Positions 1-14,593 of a DNA stretch of 64,000 nt are shown here, one piece after another (within the stretch, counting starts at the first letter, position 1; every line of letters starts with the position of its first letter). Both the position numbers and the translations under genes were made by a program. The stretch lies in the NCBI GenBank assembly GCA_015061665.1, contig SUWC01000002.1:5227-69226 (forward strand), written 5' to 3'. The notes beneath the pieces were generated by a model. It did not search any database, was not told the origin of the DNA, and was given only the letters and a program-made list of their open reading frames with translations. The stretch is from Lentisphaerota bacterium (GTDB lineage: Bacteria > Verrucomicrobiota > Kiritimatiellia > RFP12 > UBA1067).

Positions 1-1742
1 AGAAGGGGCAGAAGGTCGTCGCAGGCGACTGCATCGCCGACGGCCCCGCGACGGACCAGGGCGAGCTCGCGCTCGGCAAGAACCTGCTCGTCGCGTTCAT
101 GTCCTGGCGCGGCTACAACTTTGAGGACGCCATTCTCATCAACGAGCGCATAGTGCGCGAGGACATGCTCACGTCGCTCCACATCGTCACGTTCGAGTGC
201 GGTGCGCGCGACACGAAGCTCGGCCCCGAGGAAATCACGCGCGACATTCCGAACGTCAGCGAGGACGCGCTCAAGAACCTCGGCCCCGACGGCGTTGTGC
301 GCGTCGGCGCGGAGGTGAAGCCCGGCGACATCCTCGTCGGCAAGGTCACGCCGAAGGGCGAGACCGAGCTCTCCCCCGAGGAGCGCCTCCTCAGGGCGAT
401 CTTCGGCGAGAAGGCCGCCGATGTCCGCGACACGTCCCTTACGGTTCCGCCGGGAACGACGGGCGTCGTCATGGGCGTCAGGGTCTCCACGACGGCAGAC
501 CAGGGCCTTGAGTCCGACGAGAAGGACGCGAAGAAGGCCAAGCGCGACGCGGAGAAGAAGCGCAAGAACCAGCTCGCGAAGCTTGAGAAGGCGCTCATCG
601 GCAAGCTCGCCGAGACGATCATGAACGAGAAGCTCCCCGTCGACATCACCGACTCGGAGACGGGCGACGTGATCGTTCCCGCGAACAAGAAGATCAAGAA
701 GTCCCAGCTCGCCACGCTCGCAAAGGCGCATTCGCACTGGGAGATGGCCGAAGGTCCGTCCCGCGACAAGGTCGCCGGCATCATGGATCCGTTCGAGGCC
801 GACTTCGCTGCCATCGAGGATGCGTCGTCCGACGAAGAGGGCGGCGGTCTCTTCGGCGACTTCGCCAACGAGGGCGAGGTCGTGAAGTCCGTTACCGTCT
901 ACCTCGTCGACAAGAAGAACCTCTCCGTCGGCGACAAGATGGCGGGACGCCACGGCAACAAGGGCGTCGTTTCGCGCATCCTCCCGAGCTGCGACATGCC
1001 GTTCCTCCCCGACGGACGTCCGGTCGACATCGTGCTCAACCCGCTGGGCGTGCCTTCGCGAATGAACCTCGGACAGCTCTTCGAGACGTACCTCGGGCTT
1101 GCCTGCCGCTATCTCGGGTTCCACGCCGCGACGCCGGTGTTCGACGGCGTCCAGGAAAGCGAGATCGACGAGCTGCTCACAAAGGCCCGTGCGGTCCAGG
1201 AGAAGGACGAAGGCGCGCAGAGCTGGATCTGCCCTGAGGGCAAGACCGTCCTCTACGATGGCCTTACGGGCGAGCCCTTCGCCCAGAAGGTAGTCGTCGG
1301 CGTGATCTACATGCTCAAGCTGCACCACCTCGTCACGGACAAGATGCACGCGCGTGCGGTCGGTCCTTACTCGCTCGTCACGCAGCAGCCTCTGGGCGGC
1401 AAGGCCCAGCTCGGCGGCCAGCGCATGGGCGAAATGGAGGTGTGGGCCCTCGAGGCGTACGGTGTGGCCTACGCCCTGCAGGAGCTCCTCACCGTCAAGT
1501 CCGACGACGTCAACGGACGTTCGCGCATCTACGAGTCGATCGTCAAGGGCACGAACATCCTCGACTCCGGGATGCCCGAGTCGTTCTCGGTGCTTATCCA
1601 CGAACTCCGCGGCCTCTGCCTTGACACGCAGCTGCTCGGCGGAGAGGTCGAGCGCCGCAGGAAGGCCGAGACGCCCGCCGCGACGCCGGCAACCGCCGCC
1701 ACTGCGGCAGACGACATGCTTTCGGGCGCGCTGAATCTGTAA
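1..1742 (+). CDS. rpoB: DNA-directed RNA polymerase subunit beta, C-terminal part (5' end lies outside the window)
   Basis: The frame is open from the window edge ([15 protein letters not shown]...) into ORF 99..1742. Conserved RpoB blocks are present: [28 protein letters not shown] and [25 protein letters not shown]. It is followed directly by rpoC. Confidence 0.97.
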   Translation, partial: KGQKVVAGDCIADGPATDQGELALGKNLLVAFMSWRGYNFEDAILINERIVREDMLTSLHIVTFECGARDTKLGPEEITRDIPNVSEDALKNLGPDGVVRVGAEVKPGDILVGKVTPKGETELSPEERLLRAIFGEKAADVRDTSLTVPPGTTGVVMGVRVSTTADQGLESDEKDAKKAKRDAEKKRKNQLAKLEKALIGKLAETIMNEKLPVDITDSETGDVIVPANKKIKKSQLATLAKAHSHWEMAEGPSRDKVAGIMDPFEADFAAIEDASSDEEGGGLFGDFANEGEVVKSVTVYLVDKKNLSVGDKMAGRHGNKGVVSRILPSCDMPFLPDGRPVDIVLNPLGVPSRMNLGQLFETYLGLACRYLGFHAATPVFDGVQESEIDELLTKARAVQEKDEGAQSWICPEGKTVLYDGLTGEPFAQKVVVGVIYMLKLHHLVTDKMHARAVGPYSLVTQQPLGGKAQLGGQRMGEMEVWALEAYGVAYALQELLTVKSDDVNGRSRIYESIVKGTNILDSGMPESFSVLIHELRGLCLDTQLLGGEVERRRKAETPAATPATAATAADDMLSGALNL

Positions 1743-1766
1743 CCATCTTCCAGGAGACATCACGAA

Positions 1767-6139
<4,373 letters not shown>

Positions 6140-6140
<1 letters not shown>

Positions 6141-7261
6141 TGAAGACGACGCAGTTCTGGTATCCGCTCCCTGAACGGCTGATAGCCCAGCACCCCGCAG
6201 AGCGGCGAGGCACCGAAAAGATGATGGTGCTTCACCGCGACACGGGAGTGCTGGAACACCGCCACATAGCGGATATCGTGGAATACATAACCGAGAAAGA
6301 CCTTCTTGTCGTCAACGACACGAAGGTCTTTCCCGCTCGTTTGATAGGCGAGTGGCCCGATACGCACGGCGCAGTCGAGGTTCTTCTCGTCTCGCCTGCG
6401 CCGGTCGACGGCGAGATGCCGTCCGAGTCTCTCCCCGAGGCCGCGCTCAAGGGAGGCGGCACCATAGAATGGAACTGCATCGTCGGCTCGGGACGGAAGT
6501 GCCGCGAAGGGCAGGTCGCGAAGTTCGGCCCCAATGGAGAACTGACCGCGACGCTCGTGCGCCCTCTGACCGGCATAGGATCGTGGCGCATCGCGTTTTC
6601 GTCCGGGCGCCCCATGTCGGAGCTCCTTGACGAGTTCGGACGCACGCCCGTCCCGCCCTACGTGAAGCGCGAGGGGACGGATGCGGAGGAGAAGGCAGAC
6701 CGCGAGCGCTATCAGACAATCTACGCAAAGCACGTCGGGTCCGTCGCAGCTCCGACCGCCGGCCTTCACTTTACGCCTGAGATCTTCGCCGCGCTGGACG
6801 CAAAGGGCGTCAGGCGCGTTGCCGTCACGCTCCATGTCGGCCCCGGCACGTTCCGTCCCGTCAAGGCGGAGAACATCGAGGACCACGTGATGGACTACGA
6901 GGCGTTCACCGTTCCGCCCGAGACGGCCGATGCGATCAACGAATGCAGGGCGAGGGGCGGCCGCATATTCTGCGTCGGCTCGACGACGGTGCGGACGCTT
7001 GAGACCGTCGCGGCCGCGGTTGACGGAAAGGGCGGCAGGCTTGTAGAGCCCGGGAGCGGCGCTTCGAACATATTCATCTATCCGCCGTACAAGTTCAAGG
7101 TCTGCGACTGCATGCTCACGAACTTCCACCTTCCGCAGTCCACGCTGCTGATGATGGTCTCCGCGCTCGCAGGGCGCGAGCGCATGCTCTGCGCGTACGC
7201 AATGGCAGTGCGCGCTGAGTACAAGTTCTTCTCCTACGGCGACTGCATGCTCATAGTCTGA
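6140..7261 (+). CDS. queA: S-adenosylmethionine:tRNA ribosyltransferase-isomerase
   Basis: 373-aa ORF with the N-terminal YPLPERLIAQHP block and the C-terminal FFSYGDCMLI block typical of QueA. Its start overlaps the rpoC stop by 1 nt (TGATG). Confidence 0.9.
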
Positions 7262-7268
7262 AGGGAGG

Positions 7269-8120
7269 TTGGAAATGGATGCTTCTGTCAACATCGCCAT
7301 ACTAGGCAGCGGCCCGGCAGGCCTGACTGCGGCAATATACGCCGCACGAGCGGGGCTGAACCCCGTCGTCCTCGAAGGCGTAGAGCCGGGCGGCGAGCTG
7401 CTGAAGTCGAGCCACGTCGCCAATTTCCCCGGCTTCAGGGGCGTGGTGACGGGCGCAGAGGTGATTGGCGCGATCCGCGCGCAGGCGGAGGCGCTTGGCG
7501 TCGAGTTCAGAATGGACGCCGTGGAGTCCGTCGACTTCTCGAAGGAAGGCGCCCTCAGGCTTTCCACGATGATGGGCGAGACGATAGTCGCAAGGTCAGT
7601 CGTCGTCGCCACTGGTGCGGGCGTGTCGAAGACGGGGCGTCCCGGCGAGGCGAAGTACTTCGGCCGAGGCATAAGCGCATGCCTGACGTGCGACGGCGCG
7701 TTCTACAAGGGACGCCGCGTCGCGATTGTAGGGGAGGGCGCGGCCGCCGCGGGAGCGAGGGCGTACCTGGCGCGCTGCGGGGCCGAGATCGCGGCGGAGG
7801 TCGCGGTGCCAGACCTTGCGGAGTTCCTCGGCGACGGCAAGGTCCTGACCGGAATAAGGAAGACGGACGGAGAGTCCGTTTCCTGCGACGGCGCGTTCCT
7901 CGTCACGGCGAGGCGTCCCCAGACGCAGTTCCTCGGCGATGCGCTTGCGCTTGACGAGGGAGGGCATGTCGTCGTGAGCGAGACGAGGACGTCGGTCCGC
8001 GGCGTTTTTGCCGCGGGCGACTGCGCCAGGCCCAGGTTCAAGCAGGCCGTCGTGGCGGCGTCGGACGGCGCGATTGCCGCGATGGAGGCGTCGTCGTACC
8101 TTGCGGGGCTTCGTCAGTAA
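7269..8120 (+). CDS. Thioredoxin-disulfide reductase-like flavoprotein
   Basis: FAD-binding GSGPAGLTAAIYAARAG motif, a GGEL..ANFPGF block, the redox motif CLTCDGAFY and a C-terminal GVFAAGDC block. The NADPH-domain region looks shorter than in classical TrxB. Confidence 0.7.
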   Translation: MEMDASVNIAILGSGPAGLTAAIYAARAGLNPVVLEGVEPGGELLKSSHVANFPGFRGVVTGAEVIGAIRAQAEALGVEFRMDAVESVDFSKEGALRLSTMMGETIVARSVVVATGAGVSKTGRPGEAKYFGRGISACLTCDGAFYKGRRVAIVGEGAAAAGARAYLARCGAEIAAEVAVPDLAEFLGDGKVLTGIRKTDGESVSCDGAFLVTARRPQTQFLGDALALDEGGHVVVSETRTSVRGVFAAGDCARPRFKQAVVAASDGAIAAMEASSYLAGLRQ

Positions 8121-8146
8121 ACAACATTCATGGGGACGGCAGCGTC

Positions 8147-9010
8147 ATGCAACTGGAAATCACATCGCCTTCGAATCCGAAACTCAAGCACATCGTAAAG
8201 CTGCGCAGCTGCTCGGCGCGCGAGGAGTGCGGCGAGATGATCGTCGAGGGCTTCCGCGAATGCCGGCGGGCGCTCGACAACGGCTACAGGCCGAAGGCCA
8301 TCTTCCATTGCCCGGACTTCTACCTCAAGAACGAGAACGAGCCCGCGCTCGTCGCGGAGTGCGAGGAGAAGGGGGCGGTCGTGTACACATGCTCGAAGAC
8401 GTGCTTTGCGAAAATCGCGTACAAGGAGCGTCCCGACGGGCTGCTGATGATCGGTCCGCACGTCTCGATTTGCCTTTCCGACCTCAGGCTCCCCGAGAAC
8501 GCGCTCGTAATCGTAACCGAGGCGATAGAGAAGCCGGGCAATCTCGGCACGATCCTGCGCTCGGCGGATGCGGCCAAGGTCGCGGCCGTCATCGTGTGCG
8601 ACAGGACGACTGACGTACACAACCCCAACGTAGTCCGCGCCTCGACGGGCACGATGTTCTCCGTCCCGATAGTCGAAGCGTCCTCCGAAGAGGCGCTCGC
8701 ATGGCTGAAGTCTCGCGGCTTCAAGATACTTGCCGCTACGCCGCACGCCGAGAAGCTCCATTTCGAGGTGGACCTCACTGGCAATGTCGCGATAGCTCTT
8801 GGAGCGGAGCAGTACGGGCTCACGGCCAAGTGGATGGACGGCGCGGAGCTGCGCGTGCGCATTCCGATGCTGGGACTTGCCGATTCGCTCAACGTCTCCG
8901 CCGCGGCCACGATACTGGTCTACGAGGCAGTGCGCCAGCGCATTGCAGCGGGGATAGACAAGGTTCCCGACGCAGTGCCTTGGCACGGCGAGGGCGCGCA
9001 CGACCACTGA
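8147..9010 (+). CDS. TrmH/SpoU-family RNA 2'-O-methyltransferase
   Basis: SPOUT motifs are present: PGNLGTILRSADAA, NVVRASTGTMFSVPI and IPMLGLADSLNVSAAATILVYE. Confidence 0.85.
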   Translation: MQLEITSPSNPKLKHIVKLRSCSAREECGEMIVEGFRECRRALDNGYRPKAIFHCPDFYLKNENEPALVAECEEKGAVVYTCSKTCFAKIAYKERPDGLLMIGPHVSICLSDLRLPENALVIVTEAIEKPGNLGTILRSADAAKVAAVIVCDRTTDVHNPNVVRASTGTMFSVPIVEASSEEALAWLKSRGFKILAATPHAEKLHFEVDLTGNVAIALGAEQYGLTAKWMDGAELRVRIPMLGLADSLNVSAAATILVYEAVRQRIAAGIDKVPDAVPWHGEGAHDH

Positions 9011-9035
9011 CACTGACGCTCATAGGGTTTTCGAG

Positions 9036-9779
9036 ATGTCACACCTCATAGAAATACGCGACATGCACAAGGTCTACGCCATAGGCGACGAGCCTGTGCG
9101 TGCGCTTGACGGCGTAAGCGTGTCTGTTGACGAAGGGGAGTTCGTCGCCATAATGGGCTCGTCGGGGTCGGGCAAGTCCACCATGCTGAACATACTCGGC
9201 TGCCTTGACGTCCCGACTTCCGGCTCGTACCTTCTCGACGGGACCGAGGTCGCTGAGCGAACGCCGACCGAACTCGCAAAGATCCGCAACGAGAAGCTGG
9301 GATTCGTCTTCCAGAACTTCAACCTCCTCCCGCGCACGAGCGCGCTGGAGAACGTCGAGCTGCCGGACCTCTACATGGGACGCCTTTCGCATTCGGAGCG
9401 CCGCGAGCGCGCGATGCAGCTCCTCGCGCGCGTCGGGCTGCGCGGACGCGAGGGCCACACTCCCGCGCAGCTTTCGGGCGGACAGCAGCAGCGCGTCGCG
9501 ATCGCGCGCGCGCTTATGAACAACCCGCCCGTGGTATTCGCCGACGAGCCGACCGGAAACCTCGACACGAAGAGCTCGATCGAGATCATGGACCTCTTCA
9601 GCGAGCTTTCCAACGAAGGCATAACAATCGTCATGGTCACGCACGAGGACGACATAGCCGCGTACGCCAAGCGCCACATCGTGATGCGCGACGGGAAGAT
9701 CATGCGCGACGACAAGGGGGAGGGCGGACGCAAGACCGTGGACGAGGTCGCAAGGCTTGTGAAGGAGGCGCTGTCGTGA
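9036..9779 (+). CDS. ABC transporter ATP-binding protein (MacB/LolD type)
   Basis: Walker A GSSGSGKST, signature LSGGQQQRVAIARAL and Walker B VVFADEPTGNLD. The stop overlaps the start of the permease gene. Confidence 0.92.
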   Translation: MSHLIEIRDMHKVYAIGDEPVRALDGVSVSVDEGEFVAIMGSSGSGKSTMLNILGCLDVPTSGSYLLDGTEVAERTPTELAKIRNEKLGFVFQNFNLLPRTSALENVELPDLYMGRLSHSERRERAMQLLARVGLRGREGHTPAQLSGGQQQRVAIARALMNNPPVVFADEPTGNLDTKSSIEIMDLFSELSNEGITIVMVTHEDDIAAYAKRHIVMRDGKIMRDDKGEGGRKTVDEVARLVKEALS

Positions 9780-11002
9780 ACTTCGGGATGATATTCAAGG
9801 TAGCGGTCCGCGCGATTGCGCGCAACAAGACAAGGTCCGTCCTGACCTGCATCGGCATCATCGTCGGCATCGCCGCAGTCATTGCAGTGATGGCGATCGG
9901 ACAGGGCGCGCAGACGATGATGGTGCGCGAGATTTCGTCCATGGGCAACAACCTCATGATGGTCTTCCCCGAAAGGCGCAATTCCGGTCCCGTTTCGGGC
10001 GGCATGGGACAGGGGCAGACGATGACGGCCGGAGACGCCGAGGCGATAAGGCGCGAGCTTCCCCATCTCATAAAGGGCGTGAGTCCCCAGGTCCGCACGA
10101 CCGCGCAGGTCATGTACGCCGCGAAGAACTGGAACGTCAGCATCCAGGGTGTGTCGCAGGACATCACGATGATCGGCAACTGGACCGTCTCCGACGGACG
10201 GTTCTTCAACGAGGACGAAGTCCGCCTCTGCTCGCGCATCTGCGTCGTCGGCACGACGGTCAAGCGCAACTTGTTCCAGGACGAGGATCCCGTCGGCAAG
10301 ACGATACGCATCAAGAACATGACCTTCAAGGTCGTCGGCGTTCTCGGCTCGAAGGGCGCGAACAACTGGGGACAGGACCAGGACGACGTGATCATGGCGC
10401 CCTACACCTCGGTCCAGCGCTACCTTCAGCGCTCCAAGTTCAGCAACATCAACATGATGAACCTTTCTCTCGTGTCGATGGACGACCTTGAGGAGGCGAA
10501 GCGCGAGGTCGCGGCGATCCTGCGCCAGCGGCACCACCTCGCCGACTATCAGGACAACGACTTCGAGACGAGGGACACGACCGAGATCATGAACACAATC
10601 GGATCGGTTACCGGCCTCATGACGGTCCTCCTGACGGCGGTCGCGGCAATCTCGCTCCTTGTCGGCGGAATCGGCATCATGAACATCATGCTCGTCTCGG
10701 TCACTGAGCGCATCAAGGAGATCGGGCTGCGCATGGCCATAGGAGCGACGCCGGCGAACATTCTTTCGCAGTTCCTGCTTGAGGCCGTGGTGCTTTCGAC
10801 CGTAGGCGGCGCGTTCGGAGTCGCGCTCGGAATCGGTGGCGCCGAGTTCATCGGATGGTGGAAGGGCTGGCCGATCCTCATCCAGGTTCCGTCCACCATA
10901 GCGGCGTTCTTCTTCTCGTCGTTCGTCGGCATGTTCTTCGGTTTCTATCCGGCATACAAGGCATCCCGACAGAACCCGATCGACTGCCTTAGGTACGAGT
11001 AG
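9776..11002 (+). CDS. ABC transporter permease, MacB/FtsX family
   Basis: 408 aa with an N-terminal TM helix, a large extracytoplasmic domain and a C-terminal FtsX-like 3-TM bundle (..LLVGGIGIMNIMLVSVTERIKEIGLRMAIGA..). It is translationally coupled to the ATPase. Confidence 0.9.
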   Translation: MNFGMIFKVAVRAIARNKTRSVLTCIGIIVGIAAVIAVMAIGQGAQTMMVREISSMGNNLMMVFPERRNSGPVSGGMGQGQTMTAGDAEAIRRELPHLIKGVSPQVRTTAQVMYAAKNWNVSIQGVSQDITMIGNWTVSDGRFFNEDEVRLCSRICVVGTTVKRNLFQDEDPVGKTIRIKNMTFKVVGVLGSKGANNWGQDQDDVIMAPYTSVQRYLQRSKFSNINMMNLSLVSMDDLEEAKREVAAILRQRHHLADYQDNDFETRDTTEIMNTIGSVTGLMTVLLTAVAAISLLVGGIGIMNIMLVSVTERIKEIGLRMAIGATPANILSQFLLEAVVLSTVGGAFGVALGIGGAEFIGWWKGWPILIQVPSTIAAFFFSSFVGMFFGFYPAYKASRQNPIDCLRYE

Positions 11003-11081
11003 CGATGAAAACCCTTCTTTCGACAGCTTTCCTCTGTTCCGCTTGTCAGGCAGATGCAAGGCGAGCGACGCGACCCGTGAT

Positions 11082-11702
11082 TCACAGGGTGCCGAATATG
11101 CGGTCGCCTGCGTCGCCCAGTCCCGGTACTATGTAGAAGTGCGAGTTGAGCCGCTCGTCCTTCGCTGCGGTGAACACGGGGACGTCTGGATGCTCAGCCT
11201 CAACCTTCGCGATGCCCTCCGGCGCGGCGATTAGGTTCAGGAATACGATTCGCCGGTAGCCGAGCTTCTTCAGCTGCGAGAAGGCGTCGCATGCGCTTCC
11301 GCCGGTGGCGAGCATCGGGTCTATTACTACTGCGAGCTCGTCCCCCTTCGCGCGCGGAACCTTCGCGTAGTACGGCACTGGTTCGGCCGTCGTCTCGTTT
11401 CGCTGCATGCCGAGGACCCCGACCTTCGCATAGGGAAGGACGCGCAGCATCGCGTCAAGCATGCCCATGCCGGCGCGGAGAATCGGGACGATCACGATGG
11501 AGTCCTCGATCTTGACGCCTGTCGTCTTCGCCACGGGCGTAGTTACGGGTATCTCGACCGTGCGCAGGTCCTTCAGCGACTCGATGGCAAGGAATTCCGT
11601 TATCTCGTTGACTAGTTCGCGGAACTGCTTGGGCTTCGTGTTGATGTCGCGCATAAGGGTTACGCGGTGCTTTACGAGCGGATGTGTCAGCACTGTGTGC
11701 AT
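11082..11702 (-). CDS. upp: Uracil phosphoribosyltransferase
   Basis: 206 aa with HPLVKHRVTLMRD at the N-terminus and the PRPP-binding block VVIDPMLATGGSA. The C-terminus YIVPGLGDAGDRIFGT is typical of Upp. Confidence 0.93.
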   Translation of the reverse strand: MHTVLTHPLVKHRVTLMRDINTKPKQFRELVNEITEFLAIESLKDLRTVEIPVTTPVAKTTGVKIEDSIVIVPILRAGMGMLDAMLRVLPYAKVGVLGMQRNETTAEPVPYYAKVPRAKGDELAVVIDPMLATGGSACDAFSQLKKLGYRRIVFLNLIAAPEGIAKVEAEHPDVPVFTAAKDERLNSHFYIVPGLGDAGDRIFGTL

Positions 11703-11739
11703 GGTCGTGTCCCTTTCTGTTCAAAGCCTTGCCGCTGGC

Positions 11740-12846
11740 TCAGGCCTGCAGCCCGATTGCCTTTATGACCTCCGCGAGCGACGTCACGCCGGAGGAGACC
11801 TTGTCCATCGCATCGTCGCGCATGGACGACATGAGCCCCGTCTCCGGGGAGAAGAACTCGAAGATACCTATGCGCCCTGCGTAGCCGCGACCGCCGCATT
11901 TTGGGCAGCCCACGGGCTCGCGTCCGTTCGCGCCCTCGCGCGAGCAGTCAGGACAAAGCCTTCGCACCAGGCGCTGGGCGACTGCAAGCCGCAGCACGGC
12001 GGGCACGAGCGACGGGTCGAGCCCCATGTCCGTCAGGCGCGTTACAGTCGACTTCGCGTCGTTTGTGTGGAGGGTGGAAAGCACGAGATGCCCCGTGAGC
12101 GCAGCCTTGACCGCCGCGTCCAGCGAGTCCGCGTCGCGAATCTCGCCTATCATCACGACGTCTGGGTCGTGGCGGAGGAGGGACTTCAGGGCCTTCGCGA
12201 AATTCACCTTGTCCGCCGAGTCGACCTCGGCTTGAGCAACGCCAGGTATCTCGTATTCTATTGGGTCCTCGACTGTCAGGATATTGCGCGGCTCGCCTTT
12301 TAGAAGCTCCTGGATCGCAGCATACAGCGTCGTAGTCTTGCCGCTTCCGGTCGGACCGGTCAGCAGGACTAGCCCGTGCGGACGCCGCAGCACGCCGTCG
12401 AAGATGTCCCTGTCGCGTTTGCACATCCCGAGGTCGTCGATGCCTAGTCGCCGTCCGCCCGTCTCCAGGAGGCGCAGCGTCACGCGTTCGCCGTGCCGGA
12501 CCGGCAGAGTGGCCATGCGAACGTCCAGCGGACTCTGCGAGGCCGATCCGACGCCTGGCATGCGCCAGACGAATCCGCCGTCCTGCGGGGCGCGTCGCTC
12601 TGCGATGTCCAGCGAGGCAAGTACCTTCAGTCGGCTAACGACGGCGTTCTGCATTGCCGAGGGAATGCGCAGAACCTCCTCCAGCTCGCCGTCGATTCGG
12701 AACCGCACTCGGACGTATCCCTCGGCTGGGTCGAAGTGGACGTCAGAGGCATGTGTGAAAAGCCCGGCCCGCAGAATGCGGTCCACCAGCATCACAGGGT
12801 CGGTCAGTGTTTCGGCGCGCTCCAGAAGTCCGTTCGCGGCTGGCAT
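11740..12846 (-). CDS. Type II/IV secretion system ATPase (GspE/PilB family, short form)
   Basis: Walker A GPTGSGKTTT, Asp/His boxes (RHDPDVVMIGEIRD, TGHLVLSTLHTNDA) and a C-terminal tetracysteine motif (CPDC...CPKCGGRGY). Confidence 0.85.
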   Translation of the reverse strand: MPAANGLLERAETLTDPVMLVDRILRAGLFTHASDVHFDPAEGYVRVRFRIDGELEEVLRIPSAMQNAVVSRLKVLASLDIAERRAPQDGGFVWRMPGVGSASQSPLDVRMATLPVRHGERVTLRLLETGGRRLGIDDLGMCKRDRDIFDGVLRRPHGLVLLTGPTGSGKTTTLYAAIQELLKGEPRNILTVEDPIEYEIPGVAQAEVDSADKVNFAKALKSLLRHDPDVVMIGEIRDADSLDAAVKAALTGHLVLSTLHTNDAKSTVTRLTDMGLDPSLVPAVLRLAVAQRLVRRLCPDCSREGANGREPVGCPKCGGRGYAGRIGIFEFFSPETGLMSSMRDDAMDKVSSGVTSLAEVIKAIGLQA

Positions 12847-13463
12847 CAGAAACTCCCTTCTTTTGGAATGGCCACTGCGCCCTGGCGGAGTACGACAGGC
12901 GAGTCGCCGTCGAAGCGGACGACTGTAGACGCGACTCCGCCCGGGCTTTCGCCGTCGTCGACCACTATGTCCGCAGAAAGTCCGACGTCCTCCAGCGCCG
13001 CCTTTGCGTCCGTCGCCGCCTTTGCGCCGGAGAGGTTCGCGCTAGTGACGCGCAGAACCCCGCCGCAGGCCGTGATGAGGCGGCGCGTCCAACCATGGGC
13101 CGGCACGCGGAAGCCCTCGGTCTGCGCGAAGGCGCCGCCCTGCGCAGACGGGTCCCGCGCGAGCACCATCGTCAGCGCGCCAGGCCAGAAGTCGCGCGCG
13201 AGCTTGGCGGCCCTGCCGGAGAGCGCAAAGCCGGCGTCCGTCACGGACTTTGCGTCGGCGGCGAGAAGGGCGATCGGCTTCTTCGCCTCGCGCCCCTTTA
13301 TGGTGTAGAGCCTGTCGACCGCCTGCGGGAACGCCGGGTGCGCGGCGAGCCCGTACACCGTGTCGGTCGGGATTACAGCGACACCGCCCGCGTTGAGGAT
13401 GCGCGCGACTTCGCCCAGAGCGTGTTCGTCGCACGCGACCATGCGGAAATATGCGTCTTCCAC
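12846..13463 (-). CDS. tsaC: L-threonylcarbamoyladenylate synthase (YrdC/Sua5 domain only)
   Basis: 205 aa with the VIPTDTVYGLAA and RLYTIKGREAKKPIALL blocks of the YrdC fold. Its stop shares 1 nt with the start of the downstream gene. Confidence 0.85.
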   Translation of the reverse strand: MEDAYFRMVACDEHALGEVARILNAGGVAVIPTDTVYGLAAHPAFPQAVDRLYTIKGREAKKPIALLAADAKSVTDAGFALSGRAAKLARDFWPGALTMVLARDPSAQGGAFAQTEGFRVPAHGWTRRLITACGGVLRVTSANLSGAKAATDAKAALEDVGLSADIVVDDGESPGGVASTVVRFDGDSPVVLRQGAVAIPKEGSF

Positions 13464-13479
13464 GGACGAACCCTCTCGC

Positions 13480-14592
13480 TTACAGCTTCTTGAGGACGCC
13501 GCGGATCGAGCGCTCGCGCGCCTCGATGGACTCGCAGAGGCGGAACTGGACTCGCGCGCGGTTTAGGTTCTGCTCAGGCTGCGTGGTCTTGAAGTAGACG
13601 TTTCCGGCGAGGTAGTCCTGGAAGAAGCGCAGGCCGAGCTCGAAGGGCAGGAGCCTGATCGAGTCGAAGAGGTACTCGCGGTCTGCGTCCGTCATGAACG
13701 TGCCGGCCTCCTTCATGTATCCCTTGCAGAACGCCGTCGCGAGGTCCTCGTCGAAGACCACCTTCGTGAGGTTCGTCTCCTCTTCGCCTGCGGGGTTGCA
13801 GATCGAGCGCAGCGCGTCGCCGAAGTCGATGTGGATGAGGCCGGGCGATACGGTGTCGAGGTCGATCATCGCCGTGCCCTTGCCGGTCACGTCGTCGATC
13901 ATGATGTTGTTGACCTTCGGGTCGCCGTGGAACATGCGCTTCTTGAGCTCGCCCTTCTTCTCGGCCTTTTCGAGGCACAGCGCCAGCTTGCGGCGCTCCG
14001 TGATGAACTTCGCGAGGCGCTTGGCCTCCATCGACGCGCCGAGCAGCGCCTTCGCCTGCTTCGTCTTCAGCGTCGCGTCGTACTTGGCGAGGTAGTCGGA
14101 CGTGATGTGGAAGCCGGGAAGGGGGTCCTTTACGGTCGTGGGGTCGAGGTCGCTTATGAGGTAGTGGAAGTGTCCGAGCGCCGAGCCGCACTCCATGGCG
14201 TGCTCCGGACCCTGCGCCACGTCGAAGGCATGGGCGGACATGATGCGCGTGATCACGCGCCACACGTCGCCGTTTTCGTCCGTTACGTAGTCCTTTGCGT
14301 CCTTGGTCTTGATTATGCGCGGCATCTGCCACACGCGGTCGTCGGTTCCTGACTTCGCGTCGGCTTCGAGCTTTTCATGGCAGTGCTTCGTGATTTCGTG
14401 CATGTTCGCCATGATGATCTCGGGCTTGGGGAACACGTTCCTGTTCACGCGCTGGAGGATCACCTGGGTCTCCGTGAACGTGTTTCGGTATATCGCGAGG
14501 AACGTGTCGTTGATGTTGCCGTTGCCGAACGGCTGGAGTGAGACGAGCCTGCCCTTTACGTTGAACTTGTTTATGAGGATGCTGAGTTCCAT
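13480..14592 (-). CDS. APH-fold phosphotransferase (N-acetylhexosamine 1-kinase-like)
   Basis: 370 aa with FGNGNINDTF near the N-terminus, the catalytic loop HGDPKVNNIM and the metal-binding IDLDTV. The pattern resembles NahK-type sugar kinases. Confidence 0.6.
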   Translation of the reverse strand: MELSILINKFNVKGRLVSLQPFGNGNINDTFLAIYRNTFTETQVILQRVNRNVFPKPEIIMANMHEITKHCHEKLEADAKSGTDDRVWQMPRIIKTKDAKDYVTDENGDVWRVITRIMSAHAFDVAQGPEHAMECGSALGHFHYLISDLDPTTVKDPLPGFHITSDYLAKYDATLKTKQAKALLGASMEAKRLAKFITERRKLALCLEKAEKKGELKKRMFHGDPKVNNIMIDDVTGKGTAMIDLDTVSPGLIHIDFGDALRSICNPAGEEETNLTKVVFDEDLATAFCKGYMKEAGTFMTDADREYLFDSIRLLPFELGLRFFQDYLAGNVYFKTTQPEQNLNRARVQFRLCESIEARERSIRGVLKKL

Positions 14593-14593
14593 A

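Noticed and set aside
440-900. A Lys/Glu/Asp-rich segment inside RpoB (..[26 protein letters not shown]...[13 protein letters not shown]..) that looks like an insertion.
   Set aside because: It lies where bacterial RpoB proteins carry a lineage-specific dispensable insertion just before the [13 protein letters not shown] block. It is therefore an expected variable region and not a novel element.
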